51,934 nucleotides of DNA from a virus. Its lineage: Duplodnaviria > Caudoviricetes. The DNA is taken from IMG/VR virus record IMGVR_UViG_3300048590_000302, positions 1-51,934 of that record; one strand, 5' to 3'. Position numbers and translations under genes: made by a program. The notes under the pieces are model-generated. The model saw only the letters and a list, made by a program, of their open reading frames with translations, ran no database searches and was not told the origin of the DNA. Of this stretch, positions 38,723 to 47,810 are shown in pieces (position 1 is the first letter of the stretch; every line of letters begins with the position of its first letter).

Positions 38723-38955
38723 TGGTTACTCTCCAAGCTTAATTCCCATCTGGTCATTTCCACGAATCCCCAGAGTCCGGTGACATCCGATCTCGTAACC
38801 ACTCGCACAATAGCCACCGACGGGAGAAACGTCACATGCCTGTCTCCAGGACCGTAGGCGTCAACAGTCCTGGAGTTGTCAACTATCGTCATATCCTCCC
38901 TGATATCGAACCGCTGAAGAAACAGCTCCTCAACACCGCATCGTCTCCGCTCCAC
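38719..38955 (-). CDS. Hypothetical protein
   Basis: Stop overlaps the next start. Confidence 0.5.
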   Translation of the reverse strand: MERRRCGVEELFLQRFDIREDMTIVDNSRTVDAYGPGDRHVTFLPSVAIVRVVTRSDVTGLWGFVEMTRWELSLESNQ

Positions 38956-38981
38956 TGCAACCCCTGGTCTGCTCGTCGTCT

Positions 38982-39239
38982 TTATTTGATATGTCTGTCG
39001 CGATCCCTGTTCTGCATCCGCTTCACGTAGGCGTCGATCTCCTCGTTTACCGAGGCGCGGAATCCCGCCGCAAGCTGTCTTGAGACGATGTCGAGGATTT
39101 CGTCGATCATCACATCCACATGCTCTGCGGAGAACCTTCGCCGCGTCAGGCGCTGGAGTTTCCCGGCCATCGCATCCCTGAGCCGATGCTCGGCCCAGCT
39201 TCTCTCATGGAGTGGATTTACCGGACTTCGCTTCGTCAC
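38982..39239 (-). CDS. Hypothetical protein
   Basis: GGAGG RBS before GTG. Confidence 0.6.
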   Translation of the reverse strand: MTKRSPVNPLHERSWAEHRLRDAMAGKLQRLTRRRFSAEHVDVMIDEILDIVSRQLAAGFRASVNEEIDAYVKRMQNRDRDRHIK

Positions 39240-39474
39240 TTCGTCCTCCTGTCGCGGGCTTCCATTCCCGCATCGTGGTAAATGGTGTCTCCGCCATCAT
39301 CGCCGTTATGAGCGATATGATCTCGTCGTCGGTGAGGTCGCGTCGTCGCCACGGGGTTTCCTGGATGGCAATGCTTATTCCCTTCGACATGAGGTGCATT
39401 GCCAGGGATCGGGCGATTATGTTTCTCGTCTGGGTCTTGCCTGATTCCATTACATCGTCGATCATTGTAGTCAT
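39205..39474 (-). CDS. Hypothetical protein
   Basis: Start follows the CTTGGAGAGTA motif. Confidence 0.65.
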   Translation of the reverse strand: MTTMIDDVMESGKTQTRNIIARSLAMHLMSKGISIAIQETPWRRRDLTDDEIISLITAMMAETPFTTMREWKPATGGRSDEAKSGKSTP

Positions 39475-39566
39475 GGGGTACTCTCCAAGGTTTGATTCCA
39501 GCTTAAGCGTTTGAACTCGTTGCGTGGGGGACCGGGTGAACCACACCCGATCCCTCGTTTTTTTAT

Positions 39567-40408
39567 CTAGCTGACGACGACGCTTGTTCCTGCTCTGTGG
39601 GTCACGCCTCTCGTGTGACCGTAGAGGCCCGTTTCCACCTGTTCAAGGCCGAGAACGCTTCCCGTCTTCGCGATCGTATCGACGAAGCGTGCCGCGCGTT
39701 CCATCCTCTGAAGTCTCCCGACGGGCGAGAGTTTTCCCTGGTGCGTGAGTTCATAGGTGAAGTTCTGCATCAGGTCCCAGTAGGTGTTGGCGGATTTCAT
39801 CAACAGTCGATCCTTGCCACCGATTGATACCACATCGCGAATTCTCGCGCACTCGACAATCGTCGCATAGTCAACGTCGAGATCCCTTTCCGCGTAGGTC
39901 CGCCAGACTCCCGATTGATCCCGGTAGGTGTCGAGCACGTTGTCGGGTTCGGGGAATTTGATTGGCGCTTGTGAGGTCACATGGCGATAGGTGTAGGAGT
40001 AGATGTTTTTCGGGATGACCATTCCGTTGAGGCACGAGAGGACCAATGCTCCGACCTGGACGCGCACGGCGCTTTCCGCGTTGTATGAATTCTCGACGAA
40101 GACGCGAAGACCGACGAATCACCGCGCTGGATGGTGAGGAGATTTCCAGCGTCGCGGTAGGTGTACTCGGCAACGACACGGGCTCCGTTCTTTGCGATGT
40201 TGAATCGCCGCTCTGGTTCGCCGAAGACGGAGATGAATTTCTCTGCCGAGTCGAACACATGGTCATGCTTCACTATCTGATAGCGGTCGGAGACGGTTGC
40301 GATCGGAAGTTCCATGTCTTTCCGCACGACGGCGCGGACGTTCGGGATGTCAACTCCACTCTTGAGGTACACTTTTTCGAGTTCAACGGGGAATCTGTAC
40401 TCTGACAT
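39567..40408 (-). pseudogene. DUF932-family protein split by a single-base frameshift near 40117
   Basis: Frame 1 VSDRYQIV...IQRGD continues in the -1 frame as VGLRVFVENSYN...GALVLSCLNGM. Confidence 0.75.
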
Positions 40409-40459
40409 TCTTACTCTCCAAGTAATGATCGTTTCATCAGGGGCCCAACCCCTGATTTC

Positions 40460-40494
40460 ACCAGTGTTATCAACCACTTAGCACTGGTTGTCAA
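40460..40494 (-). promoter_or_regulatory. Sigma70-like promoter overlapped by an inverted repeat
   Basis: TTGACA-17 nt-GATAAC on the minus strand; ACCAGTGTTA/TAGCACTGGT inverted repeat at 40460-40488. Confidence 0.5.
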
Positions 40495-40557
40495 GAAATT
40501 ATTTTCGCTCCAATCTCTCCGCTATCTCCCTGGCCGCTTCCAGCTTTTTGATCCTCG

Positions 40558-40737
40558 TCATTTCGCCCTCACTTCGTAGCATGGCATCAATGTCTTAAGG
40601 TGTGGCATCTGGTTGAGTTGGTATGAAATCCACTGAATGAGTTCACTGCCTTCAATATCCAGCTCTGTATGAATCAGACCGGGAAACTCCTCGATCATTC
40701 GGGCGATCAGCCAGCATGAGTCCTTTTCAACGCTCAT
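40558..40737 (-). CDS. 59-aa hypothetical protein (not in the ORF track)
   Basis: MSVEKDSCWLIARMIEEFPG...; overlaps the upstream stop. Confidence 0.5.
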   Translation of the reverse strand: MSVEKDSCWLIARMIEEFPGLIHTELDIEGSELIQWISYQLNQMPHLKTLMPCYEVRAK

Positions 40738-40996
40738 TGTCTCTTCCCAACTGCGACTGACTGATCGCCTTATTTATAATGTCCACAATCTCCTTGTTGT
40801 TGATTCGCGTGAACCCCTGAAGGTTTCTCGATCCAATTGCGCCACCGATCTGATAATTGGTGAAGATCTTCTGCATGGTGGCAGTCGGTTCCTTGCAGTA
40901 TGTGATCATCTGGTAAATATCCCCGCCAGGACCCCAGAAGAATTCGCCGACGTTGCTTTCATCCATCACTTGTCCTCCCAAGTTAAGTTCATCCAT
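40727..40996 (-). CDS. Hypothetical protein
   Basis: GGAGG RBS; TAATG coupling. Confidence 0.6.
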   Translation of the reverse strand: MDELNLGGQVMDESNVGEFFWGPGGDIYQMITYCKEPTATMQKIFTNYQIGGAIGSRNLQGFTRINNKEIVDIINKAISQSQLGRDNER

Positions 40997-41217
40997 TACT
41001 CGACCCTCCTCTCCCATGCCTTGATCACTTCGCGCTCGGCTTCCGCCAGATCCTGATAGGACGACGACGACTCTACTGTTATCGAAGTGGCGCTGCATGC
41101 CATGCAAGCAACCCACATTAGCCACGCATCGGCCTGGACCTGATCGGTTTCGATCTTGGGTGAGCCTCCACAGAAGGGACAGCTCTTCGTAAGGGTCAGC
41201 TTATTCATTTCCGTCAT
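40996..41217 (-). CDS. Lar-like (restriction alleviation family) zinc-ribbon protein
   Basis: SCPFCGG...VACMAC.A...KAWERR. Confidence 0.75.
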   Translation of the reverse strand: MTEMNKLTLTKSCPFCGGSPKIETDQVQADAWLMWVACMACSATSITVESSSSYQDLAEAEREVIKAWERRVE

Positions 41218-41590
41218 GGTTATCCCCCTGGTCGATGCCATCCTTCCAGATGTCGCTGTCGCTGTCGGGTTTCGGAGGAAGTGGCATCCAGTGAGTTGCG
41301 GTCAATTCGGGCTGTATCGCACCAAGGAAGAGGCAGCGCCAGGTCTTTCCATCCCACATTGCTTCCTGAACGATCGGCGATTCAATCTCGGGGTCGTCGA
41401 TCAGCTTTCCATAGACCATTGCGAAGTCCTCGTGCTTCGGCTTGTGCCATGTCCCGATTGGTTGCCACAAGCTCGTGCCCTTATAATCAAGCCATGCCTT
41501 GGCCAGATTCTCCTTGTAATTCGTTCTTCCTGAAAAAAACTCCTGAACCCTTTCCGCAAGATCTTCAGCGGCTCTCAGCTTCTGATTCAC
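41201..41590 (-). CDS. DUF551-like protein
   Basis: WQPI.T...THWMPLPPKP; GTG start after the CTTGGAGAGTA motif. Confidence 0.75.
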   Translation of the reverse strand: MNQKLRAAEDLAERVQEFFSGRTNYKENLAKAWLDYKGTSLWQPIGTWHKPKHEDFAMVYGKLIDDPEIESPIVQEAMWDGKTWRCLFLGAIQPELTATHWMPLPPKPDSDSDIWKDGIDQGDNHDGNE

Positions 41591-41612
41591 TTCATACTCT
41601 CCAAGTAATTTG

Positions 41613-42047
41613 TTATAGCCACACTGCAATGTAACTCCTAATTGCGCTGCGCAGTGGTTCGATTCTTTTGTCGTTCATGATGAAGCCGCTCCACTCGATC
41701 TTGTCTGAAATCATTATAAGCTCCACGACGTGTCCTCCATCGTCAATCACCTCGTCTTTTGCCTTTTTACCGTCGATGCCAAGAGTGAAGCTGACGAATG
41801 GGAAGTACATCGAATCGAGGATTCCGCAGCTTTTGTTGATGATTCTGACGTGAAGTGCTTCCGCTGAGCCCGATGATCCTGCCCAATCCGGCTCGATCAC
41901 AGCGATGATTCCAACCGGGGTTTTATTGCTGCCGATCATGACTCTGTCGCCAATGATCGTTGTCGCCGGCATACCTAGCAGGCTTTCTCCGATCAGACTC
42001 TTCATGAACTCTTCGTGCTGGACATGCGGTGGTTGGTTCTGTTTCAT
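41613..42047 (-). CDS. Hypothetical protein, first gene of the leftward operon
   Basis: AAGGA RBS; 144-aa ORF. Confidence 0.65.
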   Translation of the reverse strand: MKQNQPPHVQHEEFMKSLIGESLLGMPATTIIGDRVMIGSNKTPVGIIAVIEPDWAGSSGSAEALHVRIINKSCGILDSMYFPFVSFTLGIDGKKAKDEVIDDGGHVVELIMISDKIEWSGFIMNDKRIEPLRSAIRSYIAVWL

Positions 42048-42329
42048 GTGGGGATCCTTCCTCTCGTTTCAAGGTGTGTAACATGGTAAGCCTGTTAGGC
42101 TGTGTCACTATGACGCAGATTGGCATTACTCTAACTATAGACCGCAATAGTATGGCATTATCAGGAGCTTGTCCACTGGAACCAGCGCGGCGTTGCCGGG
42201 TTATGCCGTATTTCTCCAACAATTGCACTGGCTCAGCAGTGTGGTCTATGGCATGATCCCAACCTCACAGAGTAATGTCATAGTCTAGTGTCAGAAGACA
42301 TGGCGCACACTACCTATAGAGGACCAATC

Positions 42330-42752
42330 ATGCTTACAGACAATCCATCATCCGCAACCCTCCCGATTGAGACAGTCACACTTGAGGATGGAACGCAGGT
42401 TTCACTTCAGGATCTTCTGCGCATCGTCAAGGAACAGCAGAAGGCTCTTCAGCAGCAGAAGATGCCGAAGAAGGAAAAGATCAGACGACGACGATCCCGA
42501 GAGACGAAGGACAAGGAGGTGAAGTTTATCTGTCGCATTCCCGAGAAGCTGCTCGTCTGGCTCAAGGAAGAGAGCGAGCACTACGAAGTAACGCAGCAGG
42601 CGTACATCGAGGCGGTGTTTCGCGCTCGACGGGCATCGGCTCCGCGACGCTCGCGATTCGATGTCATCCGTAAGAAGCCACGCGATCTCGTCGAAAGCTA
42701 TCTGACCGACAACGTCACCGACGAGGATCAATCGAAGCTATTGAGAGCGTGA
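42330..42752 (+). CDS. Ribbon-helix-helix-like DNA-binding protein
   Basis: VKFICRIPEKLLVWLKEES...TQQAYIEAV strand-helix-helix pattern; basic arm. Confidence 0.6.
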   Translation: MLTDNPSSATLPIETVTLEDGTQVSLQDLLRIVKEQQKALQQQKMPKKEKIRRRRSRETKDKEVKFICRIPEKLLVWLKEESEHYEVTQQAYIEAVFRARRASAPRRSRFDVIRKKPRDLVESYLTDNVTDEDQSKLLRA

Positions 42753-42797
42753 GACGGGCAGTGGTTTGCCGGAATTAACAACACATGGAAGTGGTTT

Positions 42798-43910
42798 ATG
42801 GAGCTACACGATGGCCAGGTTGCAATTGATTGGACGATCATCGAGCGGTTTTGGTTCACGGTCTACAGTGACCCTGTCTATGGATTTAGCCCGAATCAGG
42901 CCCCGTCTCTTCAGTTGTTGTGGGTACTCTTCCATACATGGCCTAGAGTCAATCGAACGCAGGTACTTATTTCCGCAACTCGTTATGACTCCAATGAGGA
43001 GCTTGCCAGTCTTTTTTCCGGCGATGGTGGGCATGAGGTTTTAAAGAAGGATATGGTCACAGTGACCAATGCACTTCAAGCTCTTTATAAGCGAAATATG
43101 CTACGTCATGTAAAACTTGGGAATCGTCGAGCCTTGGGATTTACTGCTGAATACATCGCTCACATCAAAAAGCGATGCGCCAGTATCTCTACCGCTCAGA
43201 GGCATAATGCCGCCAATATCTCTACCGTTCAGCGGCATAATGCAGCCAACTTTACGCCCTTTCAGCGGCACAATGCAGTCAATAACTCTACCGGCCTGAG
43301 CGGTAGAGTTCCTGACACAGCCCAGAACGATGCAGCAAAAACCGCAATGATTCCGCAGGGGGAAGTTGCTGGCGATCATATCTATAGAGGAAGAAGAATA
43401 ATAGAAGACGAAGACAGACATAGAATACCTATTACTAATCTCGAAGAATTGAACTCCGAGAACCCCGCAAAGTCGTCGTCGTCTGTTAAGTCGCAGCAAG
43501 GGAAGACGCTTGACCAGCCTCAACCCATCGCGGTACGACCCCAACCTGTAGGACCCCTCTCAGGATCGCAGAATCGCCCGCTGTCGCTCCGAGCACAGTC
43601 GAAGCGAGCTTATCTTAGGATTGCACCAGACAAACATTCTGGAGCCAATGAGGGCCTTCCAGGACCATACGTCGATGCGGTGCCTCAACCGTGGCGGGAT
43701 GGCATCTTCTCGACCGTCACGGAGATCGTCGAACAGCTTGGGAGGGGGATGGAGCTTTTAACCTGGCTTGATGAACTCCTCAGCAAGGAGTCAATCAAGA
43801 CCATCTGCCAGGGGATTGGAGGTGAAGCGCAGGACTGGGAGATGTTTCTCAACGATCACTTACGAGCGCAATTCGGACTCGAACCGCTTAAAAAGAAAAT
43901 GACCCCTTAA
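42798..43910 (+). CDS. Replication initiator protein (lambda O-like organisation)
   Basis: Upstream of DnaB; N-terminal winged-helix-like region; internal DNA repeats. Confidence 0.7.
   Translation: MELHDGQVAIDWTIIERFWFTVYSDPVYGFSPNQAPSLQLLWVLFHTWPRVNRTQVLISATRYDSNEELASLFSGDGGHEVLKKDMVTVTNALQALYKRNMLRHVKLGNRRALGFTAEYIAHIKKRCASISTAQRHNAANISTVQRHNAANFTPFQRHNAVNNSTGLSGRVPDTAQNDAAKTAMIPQGEVAGDHIYRGRRIIEDEDRHRIPITNLEELNSENPAKSSSSVKSQQGKTLDQPQPIAVRPQPVGPLSGSQNRPLSLRAQSKRAYLRIAPDKHSGANEGLPGPYVDAVPQPWRDGIFSTVTEIVEQLGRGMELLTWLDELLSKESIKTICQGIGGEAQDWEMFLNDHLRAQFGLEPLKKKMTP
43185..43292 (+). repeat. 33-bp tandem repeats (about 3.3 copies), probable iterons/ori
   Basis: ATCTCTACCG(C/T)TCAG(A/C)GGCATAATGC.GCCAA units at 43185, 43218, 43251 and 43284; A-rich tract at 43380-43440. 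Confidence 0.8.
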
Positions 43911-43937
43911 ACCATTAACAGCTTACCGAGGTCACCT

Positions 43938-45416
43938 TTGAAAACTTATTCTGACTCGATGTTTAACCCGAACTGGGCCTATCGTGCAATAGACGGAGCC
44001 AGGAATTTTAATCCTGAACATGAAATTCTTATTCCCGAAGCGGCGCTTCTCGCGTGCATCGTCACCGATTGGGACACCGACCAGGACCAGCGAGGCTGGG
44101 CGGCACTCAATCTAAAGCTCGAAGATAAGTATTTTCAGACGCCCGAAGGACGCTTCTTCTTCCGACTTCTGGTGCAACTGCGCGACAGGAAAGTACCAAT
44201 TCAGGATAATTCCAGCTTATTCATAGCAGAAGCCGAACGTGTGATTGGGAAAAGGGTTGACACGTTGATACCTGCGGCGTTACCACTCTTCACCGTGATG
44301 GCCACAAATCCAAACTATTGGGCCAAGTTGGTTGTCGAAGAATACCTACGCAAGGAGCTTGCAAGAGCAATCCTGGCAGCGCAGGAGGACAGTGAAATGG
44401 GAGCGAAGATCGTGAAGTTACAGGAAGCGATCGAGAGCCTTAAGGCTGCCGACGTCTTCCGCGACAGATCGTTTGTGTCATTGCAGCAAGCCATTGGCGA
44501 ATTCGTCGAGATCCTCGAACACCGCACGCAAAAAGCCGCGCATCAATCCCCATACATCCCCTCAACATTCCCCACTCTCGACGCTCGCGTGAAGTTTGGC
44601 CGTGGACACTTCATCGTACTCGGAGGACGCTCAGGCATGGGCAAGTCCACCGTCGCTGTAAATCTCATGCACCGAATGATCGTCACCGGGCAGAAGGTGG
44701 GCATGTTCTCACTGGAAATGACACGTCCCGAGATCGTCCAGATGCTCATCGCCATCGAAGCAGGCGTAAACTACGAGAGCATGACGGACGCCTCCAAGCT
44801 CAACGACGACGACTTCGACAAAATCTCGGAAGCTTCACGAAGTCTTTACAATACAGACAAGAAGCTGGAGATCTCCGACCGAGGACGCATGACCATCGAC
44901 GACATTCGCGAAGAGATGGAACACATGCGAAGAAAGATGATGGGCCTCGACGTCGTCTTCATCGACCACATGCACATCATCAACACCGACAACAAAAAAC
45001 TTGGCTCCATGCGTGAGAAGCTGATCTATGTAACAGCCGAACTCAAGGCCATGGCCAAGGACTTCGATTGCGCAGTCATCTGCCTCGCGCAAATGAACCG
45101 CGACGCCGACAAGCGCGACGACAAGCGGCCCGTCGTAGCCGATCTAAAGGAATCCGGCTCCATCGAACAGGATGCCGACACAATCCTATTCGTCTATCGA
45201 GACAACTATTATCTGAATCCAGGAGAGCGACCAAAACCAAAACTCTCGATCCTTCGCACCGCCTACGACGACGACAACAGCGATCATCAGGCGCAAGCGG
45301 GAACGAGCGAACTCATATGCAGAAAGAATCGTCACGGTACGTGGCAGAACTTCACCGTCAACTTCGAGGTCAACCCGCGAACCAAGCGCATGAGCGAATC
45401 ACGGGAACAACCATAA
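43938..45416 (+). CDS. dnaB: DnaB-like replicative helicase
   Basis: GGRSGMGKS, FSLEM, FIDH, LAQMNR, DLKESGSIEQDAD, KNRHG. Confidence 0.96.
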   Translation: MKTYSDSMFNPNWAYRAIDGARNFNPEHEILIPEAALLACIVTDWDTDQDQRGWAALNLKLEDKYFQTPEGRFFFRLLVQLRDRKVPIQDNSSLFIAEAERVIGKRVDTLIPAALPLFTVMATNPNYWAKLVVEEYLRKELARAILAAQEDSEMGAKIVKLQEAIESLKAADVFRDRSFVSLQQAIGEFVEILEHRTQKAAHQSPYIPSTFPTLDARVKFGRGHFIVLGGRSGMGKSTVAVNLMHRMIVTGQKVGMFSLEMTRPEIVQMLIAIEAGVNYESMTDASKLNDDDFDKISEASRSLYNTDKKLEISDRGRMTIDDIREEMEHMRRKMMGLDVVFIDHMHIINTDNKKLGSMREKLIYVTAELKAMAKDFDCAVICLAQMNRDADKRDDKRPVVADLKESGSIEQDADTILFVYRDNYYLNPGERPKPKLSILRTAYDDDNSDHQAQAGTSELICRKNRHGTWQNFTVNFEVNPRTKRMSESREQP

Positions 45417-45553
45417 AGGGGAGTGCGAGTCTTGAGTGGGAGAGATATCATCAGGGCCTTGTAAAAGGGCGGGAGCCCCGAGATCGACCATGATCCCTGG
45501 GATCGCGAGGCTCCCTTTTATCTCTCGAACGCAGTAACCATAGGAGAGTAATC

Positions 45554-46036
45554 ATGATTCGTTCCGCAATCCTTGCCGCTTCCCTCTTCACAGCAGGAGC
45601 GGCCACGGCACAACACAAGAGCTTCGAGGTATGCACCGAGCAAAGCCTCTGCGCTCTCCGCGTCCTCGACAGTGACACCAACGAGGAAGTCTGGCTTGTC
45701 ACCGAACAGGCAAAGGACCTCTCCCTCATCTGGGGAGGAACCTATTGGATCGTAGATCGGCAAACCTACGACGAAGTCAACGAGCTGATTGAAGAGCGCA
45801 TGGTCCTGCCAGCGAAAAACCCGACGACAGACCTCACACTCGAACGGGCCAAGGGAGGATCAACACCACCACCGAAAACCCCGGCACAATCCGGCAGCGG
45901 TGGGCCACTCGTCAGCGGCTCCGTATCAGTGGGAAATATCACCATCGGCGGCAGCGGAGGCGACGCCTCGTGTCGCGACTGTCACACGGGATCACACAGG
46001 GAAATCCATAAGAAGGTGATGGACAAGGGCTACTGA
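45554..46036 (+). CDS. Secreted protein with a C-terminal CxxCH motif
   Basis: Signal peptide MIRSAILAASLFTAGAATA; Pro/Gly/Ser linker; CRDCH. Confidence 0.75.
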   Translation: MIRSAILAASLFTAGAATAQHKSFEVCTEQSLCALRVLDSDTNEEVWLVTEQAKDLSLIWGGTYWIVDRQTYDEVNELIEERMVLPAKNPTTDLTLERAKGGSTPPPKTPAQSGSGGPLVSGSVSVGNITIGGSGGDASCRDCHTGSHREIHKKVMDKGY

Positions 46037-46075
46037 AGAAGAAAAAACGCGGGGAAGCATCATCGCCACCCCGCG
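46036..46075 (-). terminator. Hairpin with A-tract (minus-strand or bidirectional terminator)
   Basis: CGCGGGG/CCCCGCG stem preceded by AAGAAGAAAAAA. Confidence 0.45.
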
Positions 46076-46238
46076 CCACGAACTAAAAAGGAACTCATGG
46101 CCGTAACGCCCCGCCCGCAAGAGGTCTGTGGGAACGGACGGGGAGCACCCATCTCTCGGAAAAAAGCTGCCATCTCCATGACGGTCCCTTCAACCCAGAA
46201 TAACATACCCTCACCTCATCAATGGAAATGGCCCGCCA

Positions 46239-46466
46239 ATGGAAGAGATGGTACTGCTGGAGCACAGGGACGGACGAAGAGAGAAGCACCTCATAGCCAT
46301 GGAGGACGCCCCCACAGAACGCATCCTGACCATAAGGATCCAGCGAACTGTAAAGGACCGCTACGTGCAGCTAACCTTCACATACACGGGACGACGACAC
46401 ATCGACAGAAGGATATTCAAGGAAACAGACGAGAGCGAGGTCAAGGCGGAGGCGTTCGATTGGTGA
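46239..46466 (+). CDS. Hypothetical protein
   Basis: 75-aa ORF with plausible composition. Confidence 0.5.
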   Translation: MEEMVLLEHRDGRREKHLIAMEDAPTERILTIRIQRTVKDRYVQLTFTYTGRRHIDRRIFKETDESEVKAEAFDW

Positions 46467-46513
46467 GCCAAGGATATAGGGCAGTAATTCGAGCGCTGAG
46501 AAGGACAGAGGAA

Positions 46514-46735
46514 ATGAGCTATCTTCCAGTAATGTCGGCGGCGGTGAACTTCTTCATAAGAGGGCAGGTCAAGCAGTTTGCCCTTCGCAGGATGTACCAC
46601 GTTCCAAGAGTTGGCGATTCGGTAATATTTCAGACGATCCCCTACAAGGTGCTCTATGTGGATTGGTGCCTTGACGAAGATGCAACGGATTATGGTGTGA
46701 GGGTAAACGTCGAGATTGAGAAGAACGTGACATGA
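46514..46735 (+). CDS. Hypothetical protein
   Basis: GAGGA RBS; VPRVGDSV motif. Confidence 0.65.
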   Translation: MSYLPVMSAAVNFFIRGQVKQFALRRMYHVPRVGDSVIFQTIPYKVLYVDWCLDEDATDYGVRVNVEIEKNVT

Positions 46736-46938
46736 ACCAGGACGAGCTGAATGCACTCACTCTGGAAGAGAGGAAAGCCCTCCGCACGCTACTCGATTCC
46801 CATGAGAGGATGATGGCCACCATCAACATAAGATGGGCGACAGACCACGAGACTGCAATCGAGAGGATAAATGAGAATATCAGGAGGGATTGGAATGAGG
46901 GGAGGCAGCTTTCTCGTTTGCGCGGGATCCAATTTTGA
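46732..46938 (+). CDS. Hypothetical coiled-coil protein
   Basis: ATGA coupling. Confidence 0.6.
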   Translation: MNQDELNALTLEERKALRTLLDSHERMMATINIRWATDHETAIERINENIRRDWNEGRQLSRLRGIQF

Positions 46939-47730
46939 AAATCAATTTCCAGAAAAATTGGCTGGCCGCCCCGGGGCACCCGCGAGAGAAAAGCCGGAAA
47001 TCCACCGGAATCTCCGGGGAAAAAATCGCGAGCTTTTCACGTGGAACCGGGAGCAAAACCAGGGAATTTCCATCTAACCATAACCTTCTTCTCACAAAAA
47101 AGACTGACGACGACGACCCGACTTCAAGACAAATTCCAACCACTTCACAGCACACTTCACACATCGTCCCCCACCACTCCGCCACCACCACCACGCGAAA
47201 GCTTTGTTGGTTTCCATATATTTGAAAGCTTTGTCTGGCCAAAATCCCAAAATTCCCTTTCGATTTCGACCAGGAAAGACTGTCAAAGTTTACGACACCC
47301 GGCTGTCGATTTCTTTGACACTGTCGAGTCTTTGGACGTCAAACCTTTGGACACCGCAAGAAGTGTACCCTTTAGACAGAGCGATTCCGTGCCAAATTCA
47401 AAGACAAGGACCATGCCAGCAGACAAAGGCAGGAACCGTGCCAGCCGCGCCCCATGCAGGATTCAAGCCATTTGACACCGCGTACAGGGATTTGACAGGA
47501 CCGTCAACGCCTTTGACAGCATGGGGTTGACCGATCGGCTCTTATAATACAAGGAACCCCAACCCCGCGCCTGTCAAGCCTTTGGCCGATTCAACTGTCC
47601 ACGACGACGACAGACATTCCCTTGCAATCCCTGGCGCTTAAGCCAATCCAGCCGCGCGGTAAGCAGAATCCGCAGGATCCTTGGACACCCCCCACTTTCA
47701 TAACTATCGAATATTACTATGCCAACATGA

Positions 47731-47746
47731 CGGCACGCGCCCTGCA
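47731..47746 (+). promoter_or_regulatory. Sigma54-like (-24/-12) promoter
   Basis: CGGCACGCGCCCTGCA has GG-N10-GC spacing (consensus TGGCACG-N4-TTGCW); AT-rich tract upstream. Confidence 0.5.
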
Positions 47747-47810
47747 TTATATATAACGTCAGCCGATGGTCGGTTGGCAGAATCAGAACCCGATCTTAAG
47801 GAACTTAATC

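Larger units (their letters stand above)
34809..41608 (-). repeat. Start-associated motif (TTA)CTTGGAGAGTA(A), six copies
   Basis: Copies at 34809, 35946, 38726, 39479, 40411 and 41595, each 1-4 nt before a minus-strand start codon. Confidence 0.85.

Noticed and set aside
30490-42752. Lysogeny module
   Set aside because: No tyrosine or serine integrase motifs and no CI-like HTH-peptidase recognised
47513-47548. Sigma70 promoter from TTGACA/TTGACC and TATAAT
   Set aside because: Spacers are 24 or 10 nt; the TTGACA hits are palindrome half-sites
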